64,000 bases of DNA from Macrostomum lignano (lineage: Eukaryota). The notes under the pieces were generated by a model. That model saw nothing but the letters and a program-made list of their open reading frames with translations. It was not told the origin of the DNA and did not search any database. This document shows positions 63,620 through 64,000 of this stretch, in pieces. The stretch is taken from assembly GCA_002269645.1 (NCBI GenBank), contig NIVC01001166.1:124001-188000 (forward strand), given 5' to 3'. Position numbers and translations under genes: made by a program. Positions within the stretch are counted from its first letter, which is position 1. Each line of letters starts with the position of its first letter.

Positions 63620-64000
63620 AGTAGATAGATCAGTATGGATCAGTAGATAGATCAGTAGATAGATAAGTAGATAGATCAGTAGATAGATCGACAGATCGGC
63701 AGATAGATCGGTAAATAAATCGGTAGATAGATCAGTAGATATCTCAATAATAGATCGGTAAATCGATGAGTAGATAGATGAGTAGATAGATGAGTAGATA
63801 GATATGAGTAGATAGATGAGTAGATAGATGAGTAGATAGATATGAGTAAATAGATATGAGTAGATAGATGAGTAGATAGATGAGTAGATGATAGATCAGT
63901 AGATATCTCAATAATAGATCGGTAAATAGATGAGTAAATAGATGAGTAGATAGATGAGTAGATAGATGAGTAGATAGATGAGTAGATAGATGAGTAGATA
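63620..64000. repeat. Degenerate (AGTAGATAGATG)n satellite in Pax intron 2
   Basis: Tandem GATA-rich units to the window end. Confidence 0.92.

Overview
Eukaryotic (metazoan) genomic DNA in the standard code, with GC-rich exons, GT-AG introns and very dense micro/minisatellites. The style fits a free-living flatworm such as Macrostomum lignano, but that is inference only. The first 20.5 kb is the unusual part. A giant, apparently intronless, 5'-truncated reading frame (2767-20460, about 5,900 codons if 18 indels are repaired) is built from two tandem arrays: about 19 x 273 bp and about 38 x 291 bp. The two arrays encode homologous ~63-aa predicted helical domains joined by acidic linkers, and are separated by a unique ~380-aa region. 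A paralogous 294-bp array lies inverted on the other side of a 14-N gap. I cannot assign this repeat domain to a known family. The rest of the window holds: a 4-exon hypothetical gene with an antisense neprilysin (M13)-like fragment in its first intron; a 2-exon hypothetical gene with an in-frame (ACT)n tract; an atypical C2H2 zinc-finger ORF; an intronless divergent class A GPCR; a complete 5-exon SLC1A/EAAT glutamate transporter; a frameshifted maT-like DD39D Tc1/mariner element enclosed by ~390-bp direct repeats; a 2-exon type I membrane mucin-like gene; and the 5' part of a Pax2/5/8-type gene with an unusual residue at paired-domain position 42. No rRNA, tRNA or CRISPR features were seen.
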